This document shows positions 24,895 through 32,000 of a DNA stretch of 32,000 nucleotides, piece after piece. The DNA is from Telmatocola sphagniphila (GTDB taxonomy: Bacteria; Planctomycetota; Planctomycetia; Gemmatales; Gemmataceae), in the NCBI RefSeq assembly GCF_018398935.1, contig NZ_CP074694.1:4320001-4352000 (forward strand), given 5' to 3'. The notes beneath the pieces are model-generated. The model was not told the origin of the DNA. It made no database searches and saw only the letters and a list, made by a program, of their open reading frames with translations. The first letter of the stretch is position 1. The number at the start of each line of letters is the position of its first letter. The translations under genes and the position numbers were made by a program.

Positions 24895-26007
24895 ATGAGT
24901 TTACGTCTCCGTCGAAAAGCTTTTACACTGATTGAATTATTGGTCGTCATTGCAATCATCGCGGTTCTGATCGGACTGCTGTTACCCGCCGTTCAAAAAG
25001 TTCGCGAAGCGGCTGCTCGGATGAAATGCACGAACAACCTCAAGCAATTGGGGCTGGCGGCTTTGAATTACGAATCTTCGTACGGGGCTTTCCCGTTCAA
25101 TGCCATCACCAAAAACAATAGCCAACCTCCCTACATTCCCTTCCAAGCGGGTACGGTTCCGACCCCGGGCAACACCGGCGGTACGCAGGGTCGCTGTGGC
25201 GGCCTGGTTCCTCTACTGCCCTTCGTGGAACAGAATAACATCCTGCCGATTTATACGTTCAACGTCGATTTTAGCGATCCGATGAACACCGCAACACTTT
25301 CTTTGCCTTTCAACCTGTTTGTGTGTCCTTCGAACCCCAGCGGTCTTTCGCCTATCACTTACCCCACGACTTATATCAGTGGTGGTAACAATTCATTCGC
25401 TCCCCCGGCCACACCGGGCGCCAGCAAGAATATTTACGGCTCCAAACTCTACCCTACCACCAATATCACGGTGAGCGGGTTGCCGTCCGACTACGCTCCT
25501 GCGGTCCAAGTCAAAACGACCAAGGATGCTCTCGGCGCTGAGATCGCCTTCACCAATCCGGTTGTTGCCGCCGCTTATCCTGGGACTCCGAGCAAGGGTG
25601 CGATGCGACAGAACGGTCCGACGAAAATCACCGAAATTATCGACGGCACGAGCACGACGATTCTGTATTCAGAAGCCGCCGGTCGAGCTAATCAGTTCTA
25701 CACCGGCTACGTGAATGCCGGCCCCGATACATCCGTCACCGGCCCAATCTGGTCCGATTCGGATAACCGCATCACGGTAACTGGAACTACCGCCGATGGC
25801 AAAACTGTAGCCACCGCAACCTGCACGAACTGCACCTGCGTCATCAACTGCAATAATCTCTCGGGAGACATCTACGCATTTCACACCGGGGGAGCGAATA
25901 TCTGTTTTGCGGATGGACACGTCTCGTTCGTGGCTTCGACCATCGATATCAAGACGCTAGTGGCCCTGGTCACGAAGGCGGGCGGTGAAGTGATTCCTAA
26001 CTTCTAA
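24895..26007 (+). CDS. DUF1559 / H-X9-DG protein with prepilin-type N-terminal cleavage/methylation domain
   Basis: N-terminus [62 protein letters not shown]-terminus [17 protein letters not shown], which is the H-X9-DG motif. This family is greatly expanded in Planctomycetota. Confidence 0.9.
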   Translation: MSLRLRRKAFTLIELLVVIAIIAVLIGLLLPAVQKVREAAARMKCTNNLKQLGLAALNYESSYGAFPFNAITKNNSQPPYIPFQAGTVPTPGNTGGTQGRCGGLVPLLPFVEQNNILPIYTFNVDFSDPMNTATLSLPFNLFVCPSNPSGLSPITYPTTYISGGNNSFAPPATPGASKNIYGSKLYPTTNITVSGLPSDYAPAVQVKTTKDALGAEIAFTNPVVAAAYPGTPSKGAMRQNGPTKITEIIDGTSTTILYSEAAGRANQFYTGYVNAGPDTSVTGPIWSDSDNRITVTGTTADGKTVATATCTNCTCVINCNNLSGDIYAFHTGGANICFADGHVSFVASTIDIKTLVALVTKAGGEVIPNF

Positions 26008-26035
26008 TTTCTCATCTGCTGAAAATTGAAAATGA

Positions 26036-26067
26036 GGATTTGGCTCTTCAGAGCCAGTCCTTTTTTT
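26036..26067 (+). terminator. Intrinsic terminator downstream of the DUF1559 gene
   Basis: GGA-TT-TGGCTC / TTCA loop / GAGCCA-G-TCC forms about 9 bp with a small internal loop, followed by T7 (26061-26067). It overlaps the stop codon of the convergent Hsp70 gene. Confidence 0.6.
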
Positions 26068-27898
26068 ATTCCGCTTCCCGCACATTGAATTCCAGCTTGA
26101 AGCGCTCCTTGCCATCCCGGCTAAAACACCACAGTTCCAACTGTCCGACTTCCGTGACCTTGGTATGAAGGTGTACTGGGATCAATCGACCCGACTTCTC
26201 TTCGCCGAGCGTTGTCTGCACGGGGGCTAGTTCTTCCACGTCGCCCTGCCAATCCTCCAGAATCGTTCCCGGCACATCGTGCCGACGCAGAGAGCTGCCC
26301 AAGAAGCGAAATTCAACCGGTTCCCCGACAATCACCCCAAATTCCTGCGAAGGAATATCGGTCTCGGTACCTTCTTCCATGCCAAAGGGGGCAACGCAAA
26401 GAGCTTTTAGCGGTGCAGGCATTCCCGGAATAGCTGGCATCGAACTTTCCACGCCAATGTAATAGCTTCGGGCGGTGCCCCCTCGAATCCGGATTCCTTT
26501 ACCCCGTCGCACGAGACCGTAGTAGGCCGCGCCCCGAGCAACCGCCTGATCGAGATCATTTCCTTCCAGCACGCGCACGCTCTCGGCCTTCATTTCCTTG
26601 GTCCAACCGTTGAGAACCGTGGAGAAGCGATCCTGCAACAACGGGGATTTGAAAACACCACCGTTGAAGAGTATGGCTGTCGGCAGCCCGGGGGGAGATT
26701 TTTTCTTCTTCTTGGAATTCGATTCCCTCTCCAAGAGAAAGGTGCGTTGCTTGGTCAGGAACTGCGCGAGATGCCTCGAGATGGCCGGGTCTGCCACATA
26801 GGGTAGGCCCAATTCCTGGAAACCGGCCGCGCGGGACTTGTTCGGTTCCGTGTCCACCTTGCATAACGGCAGAAACCCTTCAAGCAGAATTTTTTCCACA
26901 TCGGCCTTGGTCAGTTCTCCCTTGAGCGTGCCGCCAATGACTTTGGAACCTCGCCCCAGGACTGTGACCGGGGCAGCCGTCAGCGACGGATCTGCCAAAA
27001 GACTTTCTTTGGCCGCGCGAGCCGAGTAGCTGAGCGCCAGCATCTGCGCGGCGTCGAGCTTGACCCCTTTGGCGGCGAATTGCTGAGCCGCCAAGTGAGC
27101 CAAAGCCAGGTCCATGTTATCGCCACCTAATAGCAGATGATCTCCCACGGCCAGACGCGTTAACTCGAGTTGTCCCTGAACTTCCGCGACTTCGATCAAT
27201 GTGAAGTCCGTAGTTCCTCCTCCCACATCGGCGACGAGAATCAAATCCCCGACTTTAACCTGTTCTCGCCATTTCTCTCCGCAGGAATCGAGCCAGGCAT
27301 AGAACGCGGCCTGAGGCTCTTCCAACAGCGTCAGATGCTCGAATCCCGCGGCCCGGGCCGCCTCGACGGTCAGTTCCCGAGCGACGGCATCGAAGGAAGC
27401 GGGCACTGTGAGAACGATCTCCTGATTCTCAAGGCGATTCGCAGTCAGTTCTTTAGCCATCTGAGCATTCCAGGCTTCGGCCAGATGCTTCAGGTACCGA
27501 GTACTGGCTTCGAGCGGCGATATGCGTCGGCCCCCCTCCGGAGCTTTCCAGGGGAGAATAGGAGATTTGCGATCCACACCCGGGTGGCAGAGCCAGGACT
27601 TGGCGGAAGCAACCAGCCGGGTCGGAACCTGCGAACCGAAGTTCCGAGCGAATTCGCCGACCGCATAATCGCGATCGCTGGCCCAGGGAAGATTCAGACT
27701 GCCCGCCGGCTGTTCGTTTTCTCCCGGCAGATAAAGGAATGAGGGCAAGAGCGGACGTTCTTCAACCAAACCAGCGCGCACTACCTGGGGGATAGACAGT
27801 GTCTGGCTATGTGGATCTTCTCCTCGGCCGGTATCGATATACGCCAAGGCGCAATTGGTAGTACCCAGATCGATGCCAATGACAAATCGTGAAGCCAT
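26066..27898 (-). CDS. Atypical Hsp70-family ATPase (not canonical DnaK)
   Basis: Start placed at ATG 27898 (MASRFVIGIDLGTTNCALAY), giving 610 aa. Phosphate-1 motif IGIDLGTTN, SAKSWLCHPGVDRKSPILPW block, phosphate-2 VADVGGGTTDFTLIEV, and LFNGGVFKSP...AVARGAAYYG. The C-terminal ~130 aa do not resemble the DnaK substrate-binding/lid region. Confidence 0.8.
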   Translation of the reverse strand: MASRFVIGIDLGTTNCALAYIDTGRGEDPHSQTLSIPQVVRAGLVEERPLLPSFLYLPGENEQPAGSLNLPWASDRDYAVGEFARNFGSQVPTRLVASAKSWLCHPGVDRKSPILPWKAPEGGRRISPLEASTRYLKHLAEAWNAQMAKELTANRLENQEIVLTVPASFDAVARELTVEAARAAGFEHLTLLEEPQAAFYAWLDSCGEKWREQVKVGDLILVADVGGGTTDFTLIEVAEVQGQLELTRLAVGDHLLLGGDNMDLALAHLAAQQFAAKGVKLDAAQMLALSYSARAAKESLLADPSLTAAPVTVLGRGSKVIGGTLKGELTKADVEKILLEGFLPLCKVDTEPNKSRAAGFQELGLPYVADPAISRHLAQFLTKQRTFLLERESNSKKKKKSPPGLPTAILFNGGVFKSPLLQDRFSTVLNGWTKEMKAESVRVLEGNDLDQAVARGAAYYGLVRRGKGIRIRGGTARSYYIGVESSMPAIPGMPAPLKALCVAPFGMEEGTETDIPSQEFGVIVGEPVEFRFLGSSLRRHDVPGTILEDWQGDVEELAPVQTTLGEEKSGRLIPVHLHTKVTEVGQLELWCFSRDGKERFKLEFNVREAE

Positions 27899-27988
27899 TC
27901 CAGTGCCTTCGCTGCTAAATCCAAGTCGAATCTTCAATTAATTAGGATAAGCGGAATTGATTCTGAAACAACATTCTTCCTGGCCACA

Positions 27989-28009
27989 GGAATTCACCGG
28001 TGAAATTCC
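27989..28009. promoter_or_regulatory. Near-perfect palindrome in the divergent Hsp70/flp intergenic region
   Basis: GGAATTCACC|GGTGA(A)ATTCC has 10-bp arms with one extra base. It lies 55 nt upstream of the flp ATG and 91 nt upstream of the Hsp70 start. Confidence 0.35.
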
Positions 28010-28063
28010 CCGCTTTCGAATCGTGCTCGATAACAACTTCGAAATCTTGAGGAGGATTTGGAA

Positions 28064-28252
28064 ATGTCTTTGCCGCTGATTACATCACTGATCAACTTGC
28101 TGGAAAAAGAAGATGGCCCGACCGCAGTGGAATATGCGGTGATGCTGGCCTTGATTATTGTCGTCTGCATTGTCGCCGTGACAACCATCGGCAAAAATGC
28201 CAACAGCACGTTTTCGACCGTTGCCACAGCAGCCAAACCGACCACGAAGTGA
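28064..28252 (+). CDS. flp: Flp/Fap family type IVb (Tad) pilin
   Basis: Start at ATG 28064, with GGAGGA 8 nt upstream; 62 aa. Sequence MSLPLITSLINLLEKEDG|PTAVEYAVMLALIIVVCIVAVTTIG shows the Flp motif G/xxxxEY followed by a hydrophobic helix. Confidence 0.85.
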   Translation: MSLPLITSLINLLEKEDGPTAVEYAVMLALIIVVCIVAVTTIGKNANSTFSTVATAAKPTTK

Positions 28253-28298
28253 TCCATTGGGCGCTAGCCGGAATTCAAACGAATTCGAGCGTTCGCAG

Positions 28299-29792
28299 TT
28301 ACTGCGAGCGTTCTGCAGATTTTTTGTCGAACTTCCGATACTGCTCGGCCATTTCTTTGCCTATCCGCTCGACCAGGGCCCGATCCATCAATGTGCCGTG
28401 GTCCTTACCCGGGAAGAGTTCGACTTTCGCATCGCTTCCGAGTACGTGCAGCGTTTCGCCCAGAAGCCGGGTCGCGCCTTCCAAATAAAAAGTATCGCGA
28501 TCGCCCATGTAGACGTGCAGTTTCCCTTTCAGCTTCGGTTCCAAAGTCGACCAATTCCGCTGCAGAACCAGACGAATATCATACTTCTCCCAGGTCTTCG
28601 CCACGGCGTGATCGATCTTTCCCGTCTTGCGATCCCAGAGTTGCATCGGCTTACCATCGCTCCCCTTTTCGCTGAAAACTGCTTCGAACGAAGCCAGTTG
28701 GCCGCCGTGACCCATGATGATTTCCATGTCGGAGAAGGGTTTGTAATACAGGAAGGGAATCCAGCCCCGACGGCCTAGTGGGCGAGCCTGTCCTTGCGTA
28801 TCCGTGAACATATTGTCGTATTCGTAAATATTGATGCGTTGGAAGTCGCGGAAATCGACTGGATCGGGTGCGGTGGACCAGGTGCCTCCGAAGAAATCGG
28901 GATAGGCGACTTGCAGCCAGAGACTCGACCATCCCCCCGAAGAGTGCCCCGTCACGAAACGAGCCCCGGGAGCAGAAATTCCGCGAAAGCGCTTTTCAAT
29001 GGCGGGGACGAGTTCCTCGGTGAAGGCTTTGCCGACGGGTCCGTTATTCGCCGAGTCGGCAAAGACGTGATGCCCTAGCGGACAGGAAGGATCGAGCATG
29101 ACGTAGAGCATTTCGACCCCATCCACATCGGTAGCATTGCGGGCTGCTCGGCCCCGCGCTCCTTGATGAGTGCCACCAAAACCGGGAATTTCGTAGATGG
29201 TGGGATACTGCTTTTTCGCATTGGTCGTGAAACTCTTGGGAAGGATGACCCCCGCCCGAAGATTGGTCGGCTTGTGATGAAATTCCGAAAGAAGTTTACT
29301 TTCGATTTCGATGTACTTGACGTTATCGGTCTCTTTGAAAGCAGGAGCTTTATAGACTTGATCCAGCGTTAATTTTATCGGGGCAGTCTGATCCTCCCCC
29401 AGGGCAATTTTCATCGGTACAGAATAGATGTTACCGGGTGCCGCACTGAAGTTGATGCCCTGTTCGAAATCCATGACCCCCTGAACGTAAAAATCTTCCT
29501 TCGGAAGTTTGTCCATCGGAGTGGGGTAATAGATCGCCGTCGAATCGATCTTGAGTTTTTCGCCCGGCTTCCAGTCTTTCACATCCTTAGCGAACACCGG
29601 TTCGGGACGACCCCAGCTGATATTGGGGGTTAAAACGGCGGGCTTCCCTTTCGTCAGCAGAACGAAGACTCTGCCGCTGAAAGATTTGTTCGATACGCTT
29701 TCGGGGAACTGTAATTCGAATTCGACTGGTCCCGCCAGCGCGGGAAAAGTCATTGTCAAGATGATCGCCAGCCCAAGCAGCAGTTTTTTCAT
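28299..29792 (-). CDS. Secreted alpha/beta-hydrolase esterase (esterase D / enterochelin-esterase-like fold) with an N-terminal beta-rich domain
   Basis: 497 aa. Signal peptide MKKLLLGLAIILTMTFPALA|GP. Nucleophile elbow FVTGHSSGGWSSLWLQVAYPDFFGGTWSTAPDPVDF (GxSxG). A ~190-aa N-terminal domain precedes the hydrolase core. Confidence 0.7.
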   Translation of the reverse strand: MKKLLLGLAIILTMTFPALAGPVEFELQFPESVSNKSFSGRVFVLLTKGKPAVLTPNISWGRPEPVFAKDVKDWKPGEKLKIDSTAIYYPTPMDKLPKEDFYVQGVMDFEQGINFSAAPGNIYSVPMKIALGEDQTAPIKLTLDQVYKAPAFKETDNVKYIEIESKLLSEFHHKPTNLRAGVILPKSFTTNAKKQYPTIYEIPGFGGTHQGARGRAARNATDVDGVEMLYVMLDPSCPLGHHVFADSANNGPVGKAFTEELVPAIEKRFRGISAPGARFVTGHSSGGWSSLWLQVAYPDFFGGTWSTAPDPVDFRDFQRINIYEYDNMFTDTQGQARPLGRRGWIPFLYYKPFSDMEIIMGHGGQLASFEAVFSEKGSDGKPMQLWDRKTGKIDHAVAKTWEKYDIRLVLQRNWSTLEPKLKGKLHVYMGDRDTFYLEGATRLLGETLHVLGSDAKVELFPGKDHGTLMDRALVERIGKEMAEQYRKFDKKSAERSQ

Positions 29793-29808
29793 AGGTCGAC
29801 TCTTGCGG

Positions 29809-31275
29809 TTAAGCTTTGAAACCTTCAGTTATCAGTTCCCGGCCAATTTTTAATATGGTATCGATCAGCAAGTCGAAATCTTCTATTCGACTACGATGAT
29901 TGACGATAGCCGTCCGAATTGCAAACTTATCTCCAATTTGCGTCGAACTGGGGATCGCCACTCCCGACTCCTGTAGCCGCATCAGCAATTCGCGGTTGAG
30001 TGCATTGCGTTTTTCCTCGGGCATGACACTCGGGGCAAAGCGGAAACAGACGATGTTCAGCGAAACCGGAGCCAGCAGTTCCAGTTCGGGCTCGCATTGG
30101 ACCCGATCAGCCAGATAATTGGCCTGGTCCACATTCTGCTCGATCAAGCGGGCAAACTTTTCAACTCCATAGGCCTTCAGACACATCCAGACCTTGAGGG
30201 CTTTAAAACCCCGGGTCAATTCAATCCCCCGGTCGGCAAAAGTCATGCGCCCAACGCTGACTCCTCGATCGAACTCCGCCAGATAACTCGCCGAACTGCT
30301 GAAGGCGGCCTTATGCAACTCCGCGTCCCGCACCAGCAGGCAAGCGACTTCGAAAGGCAGATACATCCACTTGTGCAGATCAATGGAAATGGAATCGCAG
30401 CGTTCTAGACCGGCCACCCGGGATCGCAATTTGTCCGAAATACGAGCCAGGGCACCAAAGGCCCCATCGATATGAAACCAGATTTTCTCCCTTTCACAGA
30501 CGTCGGCGAGACCGTTCAGGTTATCAATGGCCGCCGTGTTCACTGTGCCAGCCGTACCGATGATGCAGATAGGCCGATGCCCGAGCTTTCGATCCGCGGC
30601 GATGCTTTCCTGCAAAAGCGGTATTTGAATCTGATACTGCGAATCGACAGGTATCGCGCGATAGTTACGGCGTCCCAGGCCCAAAAGCTCGAGAGCTTTC
30701 TTTGCCCAGCCATGAGTTTCCGTGGAACCGTAGACCATTAAGCGAGGTTGTTCACGCGAATGCAAGCCATTTTCGCGGACATCAAAACCGGCCTGAGCGT
30801 TTCGCGCGACTGCCAACCCCAGCACACCTGCCATGGTGCCGCCGCTGCAAAGCAGTCCACTGGAGCCACTGGGCAAACCCATCAATTCCGCCAGCCAGGC
30901 AATAACCTGCAATTCCACCACCGCCGGCGCATGATTGAAGCCCGCCATATGAGCGTTCAGTCCGGAAGCCAGCATATCCGCCAGCATGGCGAAGGGCACC
31001 CCGGTTCCCTGAACCCAGCCCCAAAAACGTGGATGCCAGCTGCCATTGGGATAAGGAAGGACGTTGTTGACGAATTCCCGCCAGACTTGTTCCTCGCCCT
31101 GCGGCTGAATCGGAAGTGGTTCGTGGAGCTGCTTCTGAACTTCCGGGGGCATTTGTTGCCAGGCAGGTTTCTCTTTGAGATGTATGAACTGATCGAACAT
31201 CTCATCGAGCATTCGATGGCCGAGAGATCGCAAAGCGTCCCAGTTCTGAGGATCCAGGGTTAAATTCTTTTCCAC
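29809..31275 (-). CDS. Pyridoxal-phosphate-dependent decarboxylase, group II (aromatic amino acid / diaminobutyrate decarboxylase-like)
   Basis: 488 aa. IWFHIDGAFGALA...CDSISIDLHKWMYLPFEVACLLVRD contains the S-x-x-x-HK PLP-lysine motif. STETHGWAKKA and GTAGTVNTAAIDNL blocks are also present. Confidence 0.8.
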   Translation of the reverse strand: MEKNLTLDPQNWDALRSLGHRMLDEMFDQFIHLKEKPAWQQMPPEVQKQLHEPLPIQPQGEEQVWREFVNNVLPYPNGSWHPRFWGWVQGTGVPFAMLADMLASGLNAHMAGFNHAPAVVELQVIAWLAELMGLPSGSSGLLCSGGTMAGVLGLAVARNAQAGFDVRENGLHSREQPRLMVYGSTETHGWAKKALELLGLGRRNYRAIPVDSQYQIQIPLLQESIAADRKLGHRPICIIGTAGTVNTAAIDNLNGLADVCEREKIWFHIDGAFGALARISDKLRSRVAGLERCDSISIDLHKWMYLPFEVACLLVRDAELHKAAFSSSASYLAEFDRGVSVGRMTFADRGIELTRGFKALKVWMCLKAYGVEKFARLIEQNVDQANYLADRVQCEPELELLAPVSLNIVCFRFAPSVMPEEKRNALNRELLMRLQESGVAIPSSTQIGDKFAIRTAIVNHRSRIEDFDLLIDTILKIGRELITEGFKA

Positions 31276-31385
31276 GCCGGCGTATATCGCTTTCTGTGAA
31301 TTAAATAGCTGAGAAGGTGGTATATCGACTTTGACAGGCCGTGTTGCGGGCGAGGTTCGCGAACGGGAGAAGATGTCAGGCGATT

Positions 31386-32000
31386 CTAGCGACGGATGGG
31401 AATTTCCACCGATTGAACGGGAGCGAGAAAATCGGTTCCGCGACGGGGCGTGCTCTGCTCGGCCGGATCGGCCGCCGGCGGCGTCGCCTGCCAGGCCTGT
31501 CCGCAGGTCGCCAAACGGTAACCCTCGGCATAGAGACGTCGCATTTCATCCCGATCGAAATCGAGGCTGTCGCTCTTGGTGGCGAATTCCTGAGGCAGCG
31601 CGGCCAGATGGAATTTCATACCGGTCAACAGCGAAAGCGTGTAGATTTTGTCGATCTCATTTCGGGCGCTGGAGTAGACCAGAGAGATGAGAGAACTGGC
31701 GGCAATGTCCTTAATTTTCGATTTGGTGCATTCCGGATCGGCATAAATTTTCCCGGCAACAATGACGTAAACGTTCGTTCCCACCAAGGGCTTCTGACCC
31801 GCTTTCAGCCGATCTTCATCGACATTCAGCAGCGATGCCCGGACGAAGACCTGATCGGCTGCTCCGCCATCGACATGCATTTCGGAATAGACGCGACCGT
31901 TAATCGTCACGTCGATCTTAACTGGTGGGAAAAAGCCGGGAACGGCCGCCGAGGCCAGAATGATTTTTCGGTAGAGTTTCGCAGCATCCGGACGGCCACT
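31386..32000 (-). CDS. Patatin-like phospholipase, C-terminal part (5' end beyond the window)
   Basis: The ORF track starts at GTG 31910, but the frame stays open to the window edge. Reverse translation of 31911-32000 gives SGRPDAAKLYRKIILASAAVPGFFPPVKID, followed by VTINGRVYSEMHVDGGA. This is the patatin ASxAxPxxFxPV ... DGG catalytic-Asp block. Confidence 0.7.
   Translation of the reverse strand, partial: SGRPDAAKLYRKIILASAAVPGFFPPVKIDVTINGRVYSEMHVDGGAADQVFVRASLLNVDEDRLKAGQKPLVGTNVYVIVAGKIYADPECTKSKIKDIAASSLISLVYSSARNEIDKIYTLSLLTGMKFHLAALPQEFATKSDSLDFDRDEMRRLYAEGYRLATCGQAWQATPPAADPAEQSTPRRGTDFLAPVQSVEIPIRR

Noticed and set aside
27982-27996. Sigma-54-like element (TGGCCACAGGAATTCA) upstream of flp
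   Set aside because: It deviates from the TGGCAC-N5-TTGC consensus in both the -24 and -12 boxes, and it overlaps the palindrome, which explains the sequence better.
31331-31690. 119-aa plus-strand Arg/Pro-rich ORF
   Set aside because: It lies antisense to the patatin-like gene, whose frame carries the catalytic DGG and ASxAxP blocks. The composition is typical of an out-of-frame GC-rich artefact.
1-32000. Search for tRNA/rRNA genes, CRISPR repeats, IS elements, integrases and toxin-antitoxin or defence genes
   Set aside because: No intergenic region exceeds ~270 bp. I saw no tRNA-like T-arm sequence (GGTTCGAATCC-type) and no regularly spaced direct repeats. No ORF has transposase, integrase, nuclease or defence motifs. 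This was done by eye only, so a tRNAscan/Infernal/minCED run would be the decisive check.

Overview
The window reads as a gene-dense core chromosomal segment (about 24 protein genes, short intergenic gaps) from a Planctomycetota-type genome. The lineage call rests on a DUF1559 'H-X9-DG' pseudopilin-like protein with the typical [32 protein letters not shown]-terminus, a PmoA-like DUF6807 protein, many secreted proteins of unknown function, and a small lipocalin-like secreted protein of the kind expanded in Gemmata relatives. Recognisable housekeeping genes are a YchF/Obg-like GTPase (partial), smc, trhO, lptB, phhB (pterin-4a-carbinolamine dehydratase) and pyrE. Also present are a DUF58 protein, a GT87/DUF2029-like membrane glycosyltransferase, an atypical Hsp70 paralogue, an Flp pilin, a secreted esterase, a group II PLP decarboxylase and a patatin-like phospholipase (partial). 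I found no rRNA, tRNA, CRISPR array, transposase, integrase or obvious defence island. No clear multi-gene novel system is visible. The most unusual items are: (1) a FlgI (flagellar P-ring) homologue with a HEAT-repeat insertion, encoded next to smc and away from any flagellar genes; (2) a 2110-aa secreted protein I cannot assign to a family, with a markedly AT-rich 5' third; (3) a membrane-anchored periplasmic-binding-protein-like gene directly upstream of an orphan sensor histidine kinase; (4) a co-directional patatin / PLP-decarboxylase / secreted esterase run; (5) LptB with a ~130-aa C-terminal HEAT-like extension; and (6) a lone Flp pilin divergent from an atypical Hsp70, with a near-palindrome between them. 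All family assignments come from motifs read by eye and recalled family knowledge, not from searches.
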